Source: Octopus sinensis (lineage: Eukaryota). From it: a stretch of 64,000 nt of DNA. Position numbers and translations under genes: made by a program. A model generated the notes under the pieces. The model saw nothing but the letters and a program-made list of their open reading frames with translations. It was not told the origin of the DNA and did no database searches. This document shows positions 12,600 to 24,849 of this stretch, in pieces. The stretch lies in assembly GCF_006345805.1 (NCBI RefSeq), contig NC_043002.1, positions 17,298,001 through 17,362,000 on the forward strand, written 5' to 3'. The stretch's first letter is position 1; each line of letters begins with the position of its first letter.

Positions 12600-13060
12600 T
12601 AGCGATGGCAGCAACTTTTGTAAGAAATTACTCAAAGAAGACAAATCAAAGATAGATAGAGAACGTTATTTATTAAGCAACATAAGGCAATACTTAAATG
12701 CATAAAAGATTAGCTCCTATCCATTTTAGCTGATAATTTGTCAACCAGATAAGTTAGGAGCCAAACTACACTAATCAGGTTATCCGCAAGTATTGTGAAA
12801 GGGAAACAAACAAAGTGATACTGAGACATCAAACGGAGATCAGAAAAACTAAGGAAGGTAGGTTGAAAAGATAAGAAGACAGGGACAGCGAGATACACAA
12901 CTTACAGAGAAAATTGTAAAAGTTACAATGGCGACTATGAAGACAGGAAGACTAATCAAACACAGTTCAGTAAAAGAGTTACAGCGCAGAATCGGCGAAA
13001 GTAAGATACGATTAAAAACTGTGGGAGAAGACGACCATGGAAATACAGAAACTTTGTTAA
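12600..13060 (-). pseudogene. Decayed Death domain truncated by a mariner
   Basis: FNRILL....RCNSFTELC resembles neighbouring unit LNNILLRNENILNLC; SVVWLLTYLVDKL vs SVGRLLELLTKL. Confidence 0.45.
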
Positions 13061-13274
13061 TATACATCAATGCATTCATATGTATGTATGAATAAAGAAA
13101 TGTATGCATTGTAGCTACGAATGCACAAAATGTCTCTTCTACTCTCACTCTCACATACAAGCGCGCACACACATATATATACATGTGTTAGTGTGTGCTT
13201 GTTTAGATATTCCATTAATATGTTTGTATGTGGTTCTTATTTTCCTTGTGTTCTATCATTAATATATTTCCCTC

Positions 13275-13451
13275 TCCATGGTAATGCATTACAATAAAAT
13301 GTTATGAACGACTGAACATACTGTATTTCATTACGGATACAGTGAAGTAACAATGAATATTTCATGTCATTGCTTCTCATTCCTTCTTTCTTTGTGATGT
13401 TTTCAGACAGGTTACATAATATAACCGGACTCACACACACACACATATACA

Positions 13452-13514
<63 letters not shown>

Positions 13515-13706
13515 AAATATATAAATATGCATGTATGTATGTGTGTATATATATCTATATCTATCTATCTATTTTATTTTTGCATGTATATATTATGTAC
13601 CTATCTATGTATATAGATAGATAGATGAATAAAAAGATATTATGCATATAGATACATATATATAGATGTATGTATGCATATATATGTTTATATATATATA
13701 TGTGTG

Positions 13707-13743
<37 letters not shown>

Positions 13744-13755
13744 GTATATATAAAC

Positions 13756-13789
<34 letters not shown>

Positions 13790-14832
13790 TACCAGCATTT
13801 TTTTTTGTTTACTGTAGTGTGTCAGTGATCATGGTATACCAAATATTATGTAAATATTCTATCTTACTTGATATTTGCATCCGATTTGAGATTCTTACTC
13901 ATGAAAATATATGTGTGTGCGTATGTGTGTTTATTTATGCTTGCGTGTGTGTATTTTTGTTAGTGTGTGGGGTGGAGGGGCTCTGAGTGCGCTTATGCGA
14001 CTGTGTGTTTACGGGTCTGTGTGTCTACGTACCAATTCAATTTCCAAGTAATTGAACTAGTGAATATATCACATTGGGAACTCCTGAGGCGATGGAAATC
14101 CGAGAAAAAATATTTCTTTATTAAAATTTCATTACAACTCATGAGATATCGCCTTTGGATTCCTTCACTTCACTACTCTGTTCGTCAAGGACCAGCAATT
14201 TACTATATGGTTATAAAATAAGTGTCGCATTCAACTCTAGACCCAGCTCTTGCTTTCAAACTACACTGCTTCAACATTCGGTCCCATTCAGTCAAAAGTG
14301 GCCTAAGTCCCATATTTCCTAGAAGGATCTGAGGCAGTATCGACTCGGATATGCTGGTGTCTCTCTCTGTTACCACATCCATTCAAAATAGCCTGAGATG
14401 TTTAAGCAGGAGCTGTCTCAGTTTCCATACTGATTATGTACATTTATACTGCTTACAGTTGTTAAGCTAATTATTTAGGATGAATATGAAAACTTTAAAA
14501 ATACATAAATGCGCTGGAAATTTACATATTCTAATCAGCGTTTTAGAGGCCTTTGAAAGGCGTTTCTTAATCCATATTTCTAAAATATTTAATCCGATTC
14601 TCTTGTAGTTTGTAAATTTTCTTCTGTGTGGGAAATAAGGTTTTGATATTGGTACATTCCTACATCTCTCGCATAAGTTTAAAATGTTCTCGTTTCGGAG
14701 TAATATATTGTTGAGAGGTTTGCCGGCAATGTTTTGTTTTGCTTGTTGTGTTTGTAACATTAGCTCTTGCTGACACTGTCGTCCTTCTTGATGTCTCTTG
14801 CTTTTGCTAGAATTGTTTTTGTGTTCTTGCAT
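13275..14832 (-). pseudogene. Decayed MyD88-like DD-linker-TIR module (one of the best preserved)
   Basis: One frame from 14832 to 14030: LNILEIWIKKRLSKAS (DD), NNCKQY vs EDCQKY, IAGP*RTE**SEGIQRRY vs [35 protein letters not shown] vs [16 protein letters not shown]; C-terminus after the microsatellite (ORF 13237..13452): SFITFYCNAL vs WFWTRLAKAL. Confidence 0.7.
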
Positions 14833-14879
14833 TAATATGTTTGTATGTGGTTCTTGTTTTCCTTTTGTTGTATCATTAA

Positions 14880-15870
14880 AGCAAATTAAATAAGAGAATT
14901 AGACCAAAGTCAGGCATACAAATACGTAGGAATCAATGAATTAGATACGATAAAACAGACACAAAATAAGATCAGAAACGAATACTATAGAAGAGTTAGA
15001 TTAAATCTGAAAGCAGAGGGCATTGCGAAAAACAAGATATTAGGTATCAATATTCCGGCCGTTACAGTTACAATATTCTTACCTGGACTGTGAATGAACT
15101 TATCAAATTAGACAGGAAAATAAGAAAAATAATGACGGGATTTACGATGCAAAGTCTGACATAGGTTATATATGCAACATTTCGAAGGTGGCTAAGGTAT
15201 CAATCAGCTGGAAAACTATTACGAAATAACCACCATATTACTACAGAAATACCTACTTCAAAAGCAAGGGGAGCTAATACAAACAGAAACAAATCACTTA
15301 CAAAATAAAAAATGCTTTCAGTCTTTAAGGAAACTTACAAATACAAAAAGAAGTCATAGTGCATAAGAACTATAAAAAAAAACACAGAAGAAATATCAAA
15401 AGCTGTCAATAAATGAAATTCAAGCTAAAACTGAAACTGCAGCGGATCATGATAAATCGATGTCACGAAAAATCCCTTCATGACAAATACTGGGTCAAAC
15501 TAAACAGAAAAGAAATAGAAAAAGCAAAATTCTAACAATGGCTGAGAAGCTCACGATTCAAAGCAAAGACTGAAGGATGTTTAATTGCAACACAGGATCA
15601 AATCCTGCTGACCAGAAATTTCCAAATACATGGAATGAAATGAAATACAACTAGTAATTGCAAAATATGCGGAGATGCAGCAGAAGCGATGAATCGTATT
15701 GTCTTTGTCTGCTCAGTCTCGGCTCAGAAGGACAATATTCACAGGCACGACAGAATTGGGGCCTATATACACTTGAAGCTAAGTCAACAGTCTAGAATAA
15801 CAACAGAAAAAAGATGGTATAGACCCAAGCCAGGGAGGGTCACTGAAAATGAGAAAACAGTGGAATTTAA
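14880..15870 (+). mobile_element. R4/Dong-like LINE internal fragment
   Basis: ELDQSQAYKY.GI, EYYRRVR, CKICGDAAE..HRHDRIG; homologous to the 51626-55418 element. Confidence 0.85.
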
Positions 15871-16074
15871 ACTCTGAAAGTGAAGATGACAAAAACGCCG
15901 ATGAGTATATTGTATTTGTGTTTATGTGGTCGTATATTATTACATATTTCAGTTTAAATGTTGTTTAAATTTTTGTGAATTACGTAATTGTTTAAAACTA
16001 AGATTAAATGTATTCCACATACAGAATATATATAATTTGTCTGGTGTATACATTATATTTTATTTATTTTCTGC

Positions 16075-16570
16075 CTATTTCAATAGCTAATGTCCAAAAT
16101 CTGATTATTATGATGCTCTTGATCCTTGCTATTGGAGAAAATCTTCCCGTGAAGAGAGGTATATTTAAGACATGCCTGGTTCATAGTTATTAAGGTGACA
16201 ACGCGGTGCTTCGACTATGTTGTTTCGTGTGCTGCTGCTAACAGAAATCAACAAAAACAAACTATATGCTGATACTTGAAGGTGACTGCGAATTAAATAA
16301 TTATGTATGACGTGTACTCAGGCGGCGAGAATCGAAACACTAACGTATTAAGAATGGATACTTTGTTGATAAATGTATTGTTATTCGGAAGTTAAGCAAA
16401 TGGTTCTTAATAATTTCCTTCTAGGATGGCAATGTGTCACATAGAAACTTTTGCCGATGTTCAAGAAAGAATTTTACGAGTATTAGTTTTGCAATCCAGA
16501 GTTTTAACGTAATTTTGAAATTATGTCATCACAGCTGCTTAAATAGTTTAAATATACAATCTGTAGCGTA
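16075..16570 (-). pseudogene. Decayed TIR domain
   Basis: DDIISKLR*NSGLQ..LNIGKSF..RTICLTSE*QY; CLKYTSL and RFWTLAIEI vs WFWTRLAKAL. Confidence 0.5.
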
Positions 16571-16949
16571 TAAGTTAATTCAGTTCATTGTTGAAAACTA
16601 TCGACGCAGATACCCCCGTCAGCATTGAGGAACATAATTAGGATTAGAAACAGTTTAGGCCCGATCAACCAGTCTCCTCCGAAAACACTAGAGTATATGA
16701 TCAATATGTCCTTTGTTTTCTTAGAAGAGAATATGGTATAACTTGGGATATAGCTTCTATTTTAGATCCTTGATATTAATATTTATTTATTCAATTCAAA
16801 CCAACCATGATTAAGCATCTCATACATTAAATTTCGGAAATTTCATATGAATCTGCATAATAAAATAAAATGTTCCTTTCTTATGATATAATTTGAAAGT
16901 TATGACTGATATTTTCAATACGTAAATCATTGAATGAATTATTTTGGAT

Positions 16950-17725
16950 TGGCGCATTCTGAAGGAAGTTTTGTGGGTATTCTGCCGCACAGCATGAATG
17001 GGAGAATGCGAAACGCTGAAATTTCATTCGATTTTTCTCATAACATACCGGCTTCTAATTTCTGCTTTCAAGTTTCGTGTATTGGCTAGACATATTTCTA
17101 AAATATGTAATGGTTCACATATAGGTTATTTATTCCAATCGTGATTTAGATGTGATAAACAGAGAATCCCAGACCATTACTGATGAAATATTATTATTTC
17201 TTTTATTGGGGAGTTTAGGATTTGTAGGTCATAAGTTTAATATTTATGACCCGGACCTTATATATATACAGTAGAAAATTTTGATTTTCACTAATGGAGT
17301 AATGCATAGAATCGCATCAAATAAGACATGTCTGCATTTCACAGAAAAAGTTTAGGCATCTAGGAATAGTTATTGTAATAATAATTGTCAGGGAACAATA
17401 TTTGATGTTATTAGGTCGTGTCAGCAATACTGAAACATGATCGGCAAAATGCGTGTTTTTATGAACGACTACTATTTCTTGATAATCGCGTTTCAGAAGT
17501 GAAAAGTAACGACGTCTAATGATAAATCAAAATCTTGTAAAGTAAACGAGACGCCGACAAAAAGCTGTTTTCATATATAAATCAAAATAATACAGCAATG
17601 GCTTCGATGATAATAACTCTCTAAATTGACGAACAACCAGCAAAACCAAGTTTTGCTGGAATTGATATAGAAACAAGTAACACTAAAGAAATCAATGACA
17701 AAACAAGAATAAAGATCGGACAATA
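16950..17725 (-). pseudogene. Decayed MyD88-like DD-TIR module
   Basis: EAIAVLF*FIY vs TALAEEMDFEY; FDAILCITP vs FDAFICYCP; LNL*PTNPKLPNKRNNNISSVMV vs [24 protein letters not shown]. Confidence 0.6.
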
Positions 17726-17744
17726 TTTATGGAAAGTGAGCAAA

Positions 17745-18450
17745 ATGCGACGCGCAAGTTGAAATTACTTCCCAGCGGTCATCTGCTCTGGCGACAATGT
17801 CGCGTTCAATGAGAATAAAATGTTTGGAAGTCTAGCTATGAACGTCAAAACTGAAATAGATATAAGTATATATCCGACCAAGTTCATTAACCACTGAAAA
17901 TAAGTTTCGCAAAACATCGATTCATCGGTTTCAGTCGAGTAATGACCTTTTTACCCGCCAAACATCAGATGAGTGTTCTGGTTCATATATGATATATTTT
18001 GCCATAGGCAAGTCTGAGAGCAGGACACATATATTTAAATGCTTAGAATAATAGGAAAGGATATACTCAACGTCAGTTTCAAAATTTGCAGTATTACTAT
18101 TGTAGTTAAATACATTAAAACTACATGACAAGGCATATATGAAAAAGCTGAAACACTTTGTGCATTAAATCATTTACTGTAAACTTATGGAAAATTTGGA
18201 CACTGGTAAGCTAATGATCAACATATTAAAAGTGATTCCATAGAAAGCGTAGACATTCGAAAAGTTTGTGCTCTGGATGAGATTACACAGGCAAAAGTTC
18301 ATTTACTGAAAGAGTTTGTTACAGGAAAATAGTAGCTAGACAACAAAGAGTGGGAGAAACAGAGAGAAAGTAAATGTTTGGGGATTTGCCGAGAAAATCA
18401 CTCTATGGACGTTCGTGACAACTTATAAGCACGAAATAAATAGGAATAAC
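17745..18450 (-). pseudogene. Decayed MyD88-like DD-TIR module
   Basis: LCCLATIFL*QTLSVNELL..HPEHKL vs WTALAEEMDFEYLEIRQLE..DPTGRL; LNICVLLSDLPMA vs [33 protein letters not shown] vs [37 protein letters not shown] vs LIPIKYKAMKKEFPSIL; QLARRI vs RLAKAL. Confidence 0.7.
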
Positions 18451-18509
18451 TAGTAGTACTGTAGTAAAATAGCAGAACTAATATGTCATGATAAACCCGT
18501 AAATCATTT

Positions 18510-19790
18510 TGTTTCAGCTTCTTCAGCTTGTCTACGACTAAATGCTTTAGGGACATGCATAAACGGATCTGAACAACACTATGAATTTATATACATGCAA
18601 CATAAGCGATGGGGTTTGAAGGTACAGCATATCGTTTGATTTCTTGAATTCCAACGATTTCCAACACAAATGTGGTCGTGAATTTATTTATTATCAAATT
18701 ATATTAAATTTGATGTAAAAGAAGTTTGTATTTCCAGTAGATAAAATTTTAGCTCCATATAGTTAGAGCAAATTGTGTAAAACCATATCTCATCAGTTTC
18801 CACACAAGTATATATTTTTATTTAAATGTACCCATGCAACATGGCGTACAACTGGCATTGTGAGAGATAATCATCTCCTCTAAAACGAATCAAGAACTAA
18901 TTCAACAGTAAATCATGGATAACCAACAAACTTCAAATTGAAATGGAGCTTAGGCAAACACATTTTAGGATATTGTAAACAAATTATGATAGGAATATTG
19001 CGTCAATTCTTTTCTACTTTGGGCGCAAGGCCCGGAATTTTGTGGGAGAGTGCCACGCGATTACAACGATCCCAGTACGCAACTATTAATTAATTTATCG
19101 ACTCTGAAATGATAAAAGGGAAAGTCGACCTCAGCGGAATTTGAACTCAGAACGTAAAGACAGACGAAATATCTATTTCTTTACTACCCACAAGGGGCTA
19201 AACACAAAAGGGACAAACGGATTAAGTCGATTATATCGACCCCAGTGCGTAACTGGTACTTATTTAATTGACCTCGAAAGGATGAAAGGCAAAGTTTACC
19301 TCAGCGGAATTTGAACTCAGAACGTAGCGGCAGACGAAATACCTATTTCTTTAGTACCCACAAGGGGCTAAACATAGAGGGGACAGACAAGGACAGACAT
19401 AGGTATTAAGTCGATTAGATCGACCCCAGTGGGTTACTGGTACTTAATTTATGGACCCCGAATGGATGAAAGGCAAAATCGAACTCGCCGCCTTAGGAAT
19501 ATAGCATAAATTGAAATATTTATATTTTTCCGGTAATATACTTGATAATCTATATTATGTAGTTTTAATTCCACGATGATAAAATCCAATTTTTTACCAG
19601 TTTCTATCCAATTTTATTTTATGTAAAGATTTTGGGAATCCCCGTTTTCCGAAAAATATTCTATTGTTTGATTGCACCAAGCTTTCGGTTTGATTACATC
19701 CTTAATTGTGGGACACCACAAAAAATGGAGGAGTTAGAATTAGTCATTGCTGCATTAAATTGTCAATTACAATTTATGGACAAGCGTTGA
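18510..19790 (-). pseudogene. Probable decayed DD-TIR module interrupted by a SINE array
   Basis: IEYFSENGDS (DD-like), ICSNYMEL, VPSNPIAYVACI..VVDKLKKL (TIR end); weak. Confidence 0.35.
19008..19490 (-). mobile_element. Tandem array of SINE family B bodies (~2.5 units of ~180 bp)
   Basis: Repeated gaatttgaactcagaacgta..gacgaaata.ctatttcttta.tacccacaaggggctaaaca. Confidence 0.88.
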
Positions 19791-19814
19791 AAAACCTTCA
19801 CTTCTATGTTTTAC

Positions 19815-20259
19815 TGATATGACATGAAACACGAGAAAACAGCTGTGATTATTCATCATAACCTGCGTGAAGCATGTCTTCTATGGTAATAAGTGGTGTA
19901 TTTATATAAACGGCTTTCTATTGATTGTAAATAACATCTATTTGTTGAAAAGGTATTAGTTTATATAGAGAAATGAAGAGTATTAAGTTTGTATGAGACA
20001 GGGTCGGAAATGAAGAAATAAATACTTATTTCTTAGTTCTGTAGTATATAGAAATTTTGTGTGAAAATAATAAATGTTAAATAAGTAGATATACAAACTA
20101 GATGAATACATACAGAAATAGATACCAGTCGCATAGACAGACAGAGAGACAGATATATATATAGACAGACAGACAAATATATATATATATATATATATAA
20201 TATATATATATATATTATATATATATATAGATTGATAGATAGATAGTAGATAGATAGAC

Positions 20260-20345
<86 letters not shown>

Positions 20346-20880
20346 GTAGATAGATAGATATATTGATAGATAGATAGAATGCAACACTGTATGCATAACA
20401 ATATGCGAACACGGAACAATGTTATGCCAGCGGGAAACAGCGAGTCCACATTTAACATTCAGCGATTGTGACAGTTAGTGTCTGGTAATGTAAATGAAAG
20501 TTGTATGTTGACTATTGATAAATACATTGAAGTACATGAATAATTAAATGATAAGCAAACAAGAATATACGGACACTAAGATATCATGCGGATTGTGGAG
20601 AAGTAAAAAAAAAAAGAAAAAGGAAATTACACAATATAACGTCTCCGCATTAGTTTTCTTATGCTCGTGAAATGCGTGCAAAGAGACACATAGATATACA
20701 CAAGTTGAATTATATGAAACATCTACCAGCATGGGTGAAGCCAAATATCTTGAGCTGGCTAAAATTCTGTATTCAACTGATGTATGTATACTATACAAAC
20801 ATTTTTCAGTGGGATTTTATTAATTTAGATAATATAACGATAGACAAGTCAGTATTACGTAGAATTATTATAAAATATCA
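19815..20880 (-). pseudogene. Decayed DD-TIR module with a (GATA)n-filled interruption
   Basis: FNVFINSQHTTFIYIT vs FDAFICYCPSDIQFVQ; NIVPCS vs DVLPGT; KLIPF, LITIED, LFSRVSCHI vs RLIPI, FITVCD, FWTRLAKAL. Confidence 0.55.
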
Positions 20881-20889
20881 TTATCCTTG

Positions 20890-20924
<35 letters not shown>

Positions 20925-20944
20925 TTATTATTATTATTATTATT

Positions 20945-21368
20945 CAGTAGTTTTATTTTTATAGCGTGCTTTCACTTCACTACCGAGCGCAGCTCTGTGT
21001 GCCTTGGGTATGTGCTGTGATTTGTTGTGATACTCTGATAGTTATTGCATGGAAAGTTTTCTGCGTAGGATGTGTGCAGTGCCTAGTACTGCAATTTTCT
21101 GGTGTTTTTGTTATGTATTTTTCTGAATATTTTTTATCCTGCCTAATGCACCTACTATGATAGGAATTGTTTCTGTTTTTAGATTCCACATTCTGGTTAC
21201 CTCTATTTCCAGGTCTTTGTATTTTGAAAGTTTCTCCATTTCTTTAAGAGACACGTTATCATCTGCTGGTATTGATGCATCAATTAGAAAGCATATTATT
21301 CTTCATGATCTGTGACAACTATATCTGGTCTGTTGGCCTTAATTTCTCTATCTGTGTGTATCGGCATA
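20945..21368 (-). mobile_element. R4/Dong-like LINE 3' end between (TAA)n tracts
   Basis: MPIHTDREIKANRPDIVV (restriction-like endonuclease); 3' UTR nearly identical to 51626 and 60685. Confidence 0.9.
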
Positions 21369-21386
21369 TTATTATTATTACTATTA

Positions 21387-21418
<32 letters not shown>

Positions 21419-21459
21419 GTTGTTGTTGTTGTTGTTGTTGTCGTTGTCGTTGTCGTTGT

Positions 21460-21492
<33 letters not shown>

Positions 21493-21504
21493 TATTTTTT
21501 ATCA

Positions 21505-21710
21505 CAGGTTTTGCTGGAACTTCTGGGGTATTGCACATGGAGCAGGCTTGGTGTTTTGCAGCTTAGGGGGCCATGCGTTCTGTTCTTTTCAACTATCTAA
21601 TATTTACCCGATTATTCTGGCAGTGCCAATGAGGCAAGCCTTTTGCAACAATTCTACTGAGTATTCCATTCCAGTTTCCTTTATATTCCTCTTGATGACC
21701 TCTAGTTTTC
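21505..21710 (-). mobile_element. 3' stub of another R4/Dong-like LINE
   Basis: VELLQKACLIGTARII, the typical C-terminus of this clade; flanked by TAA repeats. Confidence 0.75.
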
Positions 21711-21934
21711 TTATTATTATTAATATCGCTGTCATTATTGTTATTATTATCATCATCATCATCATCATCATCTTCATCATCTTTATCCTCATCATCATCA
21801 GAATATACAACGAGCGCGTTGCAAGTGCAACAGACATGTTATGGAATGACACCATCACTCTTCAATTTTCAGTTGTACAAATAGCATAAAGAAAAAAACC
21901 CAAAGGAAAAGAAAAAAGAAAACAGGAAAGAAAA

Positions 21935-23140
21935 ATATTTAATCAAACAGTTTTGTGTAAATATGATGAAATTCCCCTATTATTTTGATTATTACTTCTG
22001 GGCGCGATGTATATAACTCACAAATATATTTCACCTCATGCATTTTGAGAACTGAAAGTGTAGAAGTTTTCAAAATTGCAGCCTTTGATGTAAAGTATTT
22101 GGCAAGTTCTCTCGACCTACTGTTATTGTGTCTGACATCATATCTGTGCCCATTGACTCTTTGGTTTAATTGTTGTTATACACCCAACTTAAATCAAACC
22201 GTGTTTGGTGAAATCCGCTGCTACACAGAATTGGAATGTTTACACATCCAATACTCAGTATAAATATAACATTTCTTTTATGATTCCTGATGGAATTGAC
22301 CTGACTCATGTTGTTGCACAACGAACAGCGCTTACCTCCCTTGCGGCTGTATAATTACAATTTCTACGAACGAAGGGAACGCAACTTCTATTAACGTCAT
22401 ATGAGTTAATATTTCTTCTCTTTTCAATGTCAATATAGTGTAAACATTATGTTGAATATTGAAAGATTTAGATTTTCTCAAAATCAGAATTTTTTTTTGT
22501 CTAAGAATTTGTCGAATATATATCTTTAACACTCTTACTGCGTCTTGCAAATCGCAAGATTTATTAATAAAGGTGCCTTTGTTCCTTTCTAAAAATATGA
22601 ATTATAAAAATAAATTCTAAAATTATTAAACATGCAAACATTTCCAATCAATATAATTTCCTTTAAAGCGCTTAATTCAGTTTGAAACTTGTCTCTTTAT
22701 ATTTCATACTTACATTTCATAATTAATTATACTGAAGTTGACTAGTATATATAATCATATAACGCTTAATTATATTGGCTTACAATCATTACCAGTGAAT
22801 TCGATAATTGAATATTTTGTTTACGTTTAGCAAAGAACTGCATGACAGCCGGGTCGCCTGACACACGAGTTGAGTCAGGTCCAACAAATATTGTTAAAAG
22901 AATTTTAATTAAAAGCCTAACAAGTTTCAAACTAACGTACAATAGTTTACGTCTTCATAAATCTAAAAGATGTTTTAACAAGTAGAAAAGCTTGTGTCTT
23001 TTGCCAACATAATCCCAAGCTACTGAATGTTTAAAAATGCCAGCGTTTCGTCTATTAGATAAACGCATAAAAAAATTCAGAGAGTACAACACATAATCAC
23101 TTGAATAAAATAAAGATTTTATTGATAAAATAGCGCACAT
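21935..23140 (-). pseudogene. Decayed MyD88-like DD-TIR module
   Basis: ORF 22955..23140 LYSLNFFMR..VAWDYVGKRHKLFYLL vs LAALNMRVR..ADWTALAEEMDFEYLE; IKILLTIFVGPDST; FQFCVAADF; KGCNFENFYTFS vs [21 protein letters not shown]. Confidence 0.7.
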
Positions 23141-23149
23141 ACTTATGCT

Positions 23150-23400
23150 CAGTATATCTTAATTCGGCGTTCAGATTAGTTCTACATTTATTTATTCGAA
23201 GGCAACCGCACTTGGCCCATCTCCTTCGTAAATCCTGGGTTTAATTATATATTTTCATTACTTGATTCTACCAAACATTATTTTATGCAATGTAATTTCT
23301 ACTCTAAATTATAAACTTTATAATTTCCTTCAAAATTATTTGCTATAAAATTTCTAGAATATATTTTTAATGAACATACTCTACGTTGTCTCGCTATTAT
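23150..23400 (-). pseudogene. Probable TIR C-terminal half
   Basis: IIARQRRVCSLKIYSRNFI vs LIEKRCRRMVVVVSDDYL; IKPRIYEGDGPSAVAF. Confidence 0.35.
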
Positions 23401-23475
23401 TATGAAATGAGACTTTAAAGCTGCATAACAATTACAGATGAAAGGAAATACCTTAATACTTATTGATTCATTAAA

Positions 23476-23680
23476 GCAGCGGACTGGATGAAATGCACGC
23501 CGAGCAAGGCGATATATTACCCGTCTTTACGTTCTAGGTTCAAATTCTGCTGATGTAGACTTTACCTTTCATCCCTTCCGAATCGATAAAATAAGTACCT
23601 GTTAATCACTGTGATCCATGTAATAGACTTACCCATATCCCCTTTATATGCTGGTCTTGTATGAAATTTGAAATCAATAT
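23476..23680 (+). mobile_element. SINE family B, diverged
   Basis: ttacgttctaggttcaaattct..actttacctttcatcc..atcgataaaataagtacc. Confidence 0.75.
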
Positions 23681-24149
23681 TTATTGAATCATTGTTTAAA
23701 GTTATTGTTTTAAGTACTTTTAAAAACCGCTAATTTGTTTTAAATCTACTCTGGTATTGCTGTTAGTATAACATCCTTTGTGAATATTTTGTCATGAAAT
23801 ATAAGTATACGTAAGAAGATAAAGTATACGAACAACGGCAGAACCTAATTCCTCATGAAATATTCAGATTGTTTTTATTACAAATCTCTTAAATTATAAA
23901 GCGCTCTCTCTCTCTCTCCCAATTTCTGTCTCTCTCTATTTTGTTCTATATGTGTATTTGTGTGTGTATTAATGTTTGAACATATCTGGTTATCTGTGAA
24001 CTTCGTATGTAGATCTATTCGCATGTACGTATACTCTACTGTTACTGCTGCATTGATGTAATGATAGAAAAGAATTGTTGATATATTAACGCATAAGAAC
24101 ATGAACGAATTAAATGGTAATTAATACAAGTACAAACTTGAAATATTAT

Positions 24150-24460
24150 CATCAATATTTTGCACAATTAATTAGTAAATGATATGAGAAATAAAGTATG
24201 ATATTCCTCCAAGACTAGAAAATGTTTCATAATAATATCTGTATTTGTAAATTACATATAGATGTAATTATAATTTGTATCGCTTATCATTAAGACGTGC
24301 GTATTGTGACATGTTTTCTCGTATTTACCACTCATCATTTTTGGTTCTATTGCGTAATTCCCTCTTCTATTCCCTCGTCGTCATTTGTTATCTTATTTTT
24401 TCACTGTCAACAGAGACGTAATCGTTATACTGAAGAACTTATTACAATTACGTGAAGTTT
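24150..24460 (-). pseudogene. Decayed TIR domain
   Basis: YEKTCHNTHVLMISDT vs IEKRCRRMVVVVSDD; SICNLQIQ vs KECDFQTK. Confidence 0.45.
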
Positions 24461-24849
24461 TGAAAATCAGTTTCACATTTTTCTGAATTTTTTTTAGTTG
24501 TTTGTTTGTATGTTGTTTTTTGTTGGGTTTATTTGTTTGCTGTTTTAATCAGTTTGTGATGTTCGATGTACGAAGCAGAACAGAATGTGCTGCTTAGGTG
24601 GGTATTTCAAGCTACAAGAATGGGTATTATAAGTGAGAAATATTTTTTTTAATTTTGAAAATAAATAATAAGTCATCGAATAGAAAAGGAAGGTGCGCAT
24701 ATTGAGTTCCGTCAGTTTTTATGATACGGATTGATTCGTCCAAACACATGAATTACCAATTCATTGAATTAAAAATTCGGTGGATGAAAATTGCCTAACC
24801 TATATAACCTTTAATCCTGAATTAAAATCATTTTGCACTATGAATAACG

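Noticed and set aside
12906-13018. Independent transmembrane-coding exon with good splice sites
   Set aside because: DD similarity extends on both sides of the putative splice sites, so they may be coincidental.
14467-14832. Inverted N-terminal piece of the adjacent Dong LINE
   Set aside because: Only a PY.P match. The frame continues into linker and TIR motifs and contains a DD signature (ILEIW..R..AS).
17400-18520. Intronless class A GPCR pseudogene (hydrophobic stretches, NIYFLSVS, LCNLI..IISL)
   Set aside because: No DRY, CWxP or NPxxY motif. Hydrophobicity is expected from AT-biased decay, and ungapped MyD88-like matches explain the region better.
20400-20880. GPCR TM5-TM7 relic
   Set aside because: The poly-Phe comes from an A-tract; FNVFI..NIVPCS fits TIR box 1 and the BB loop.
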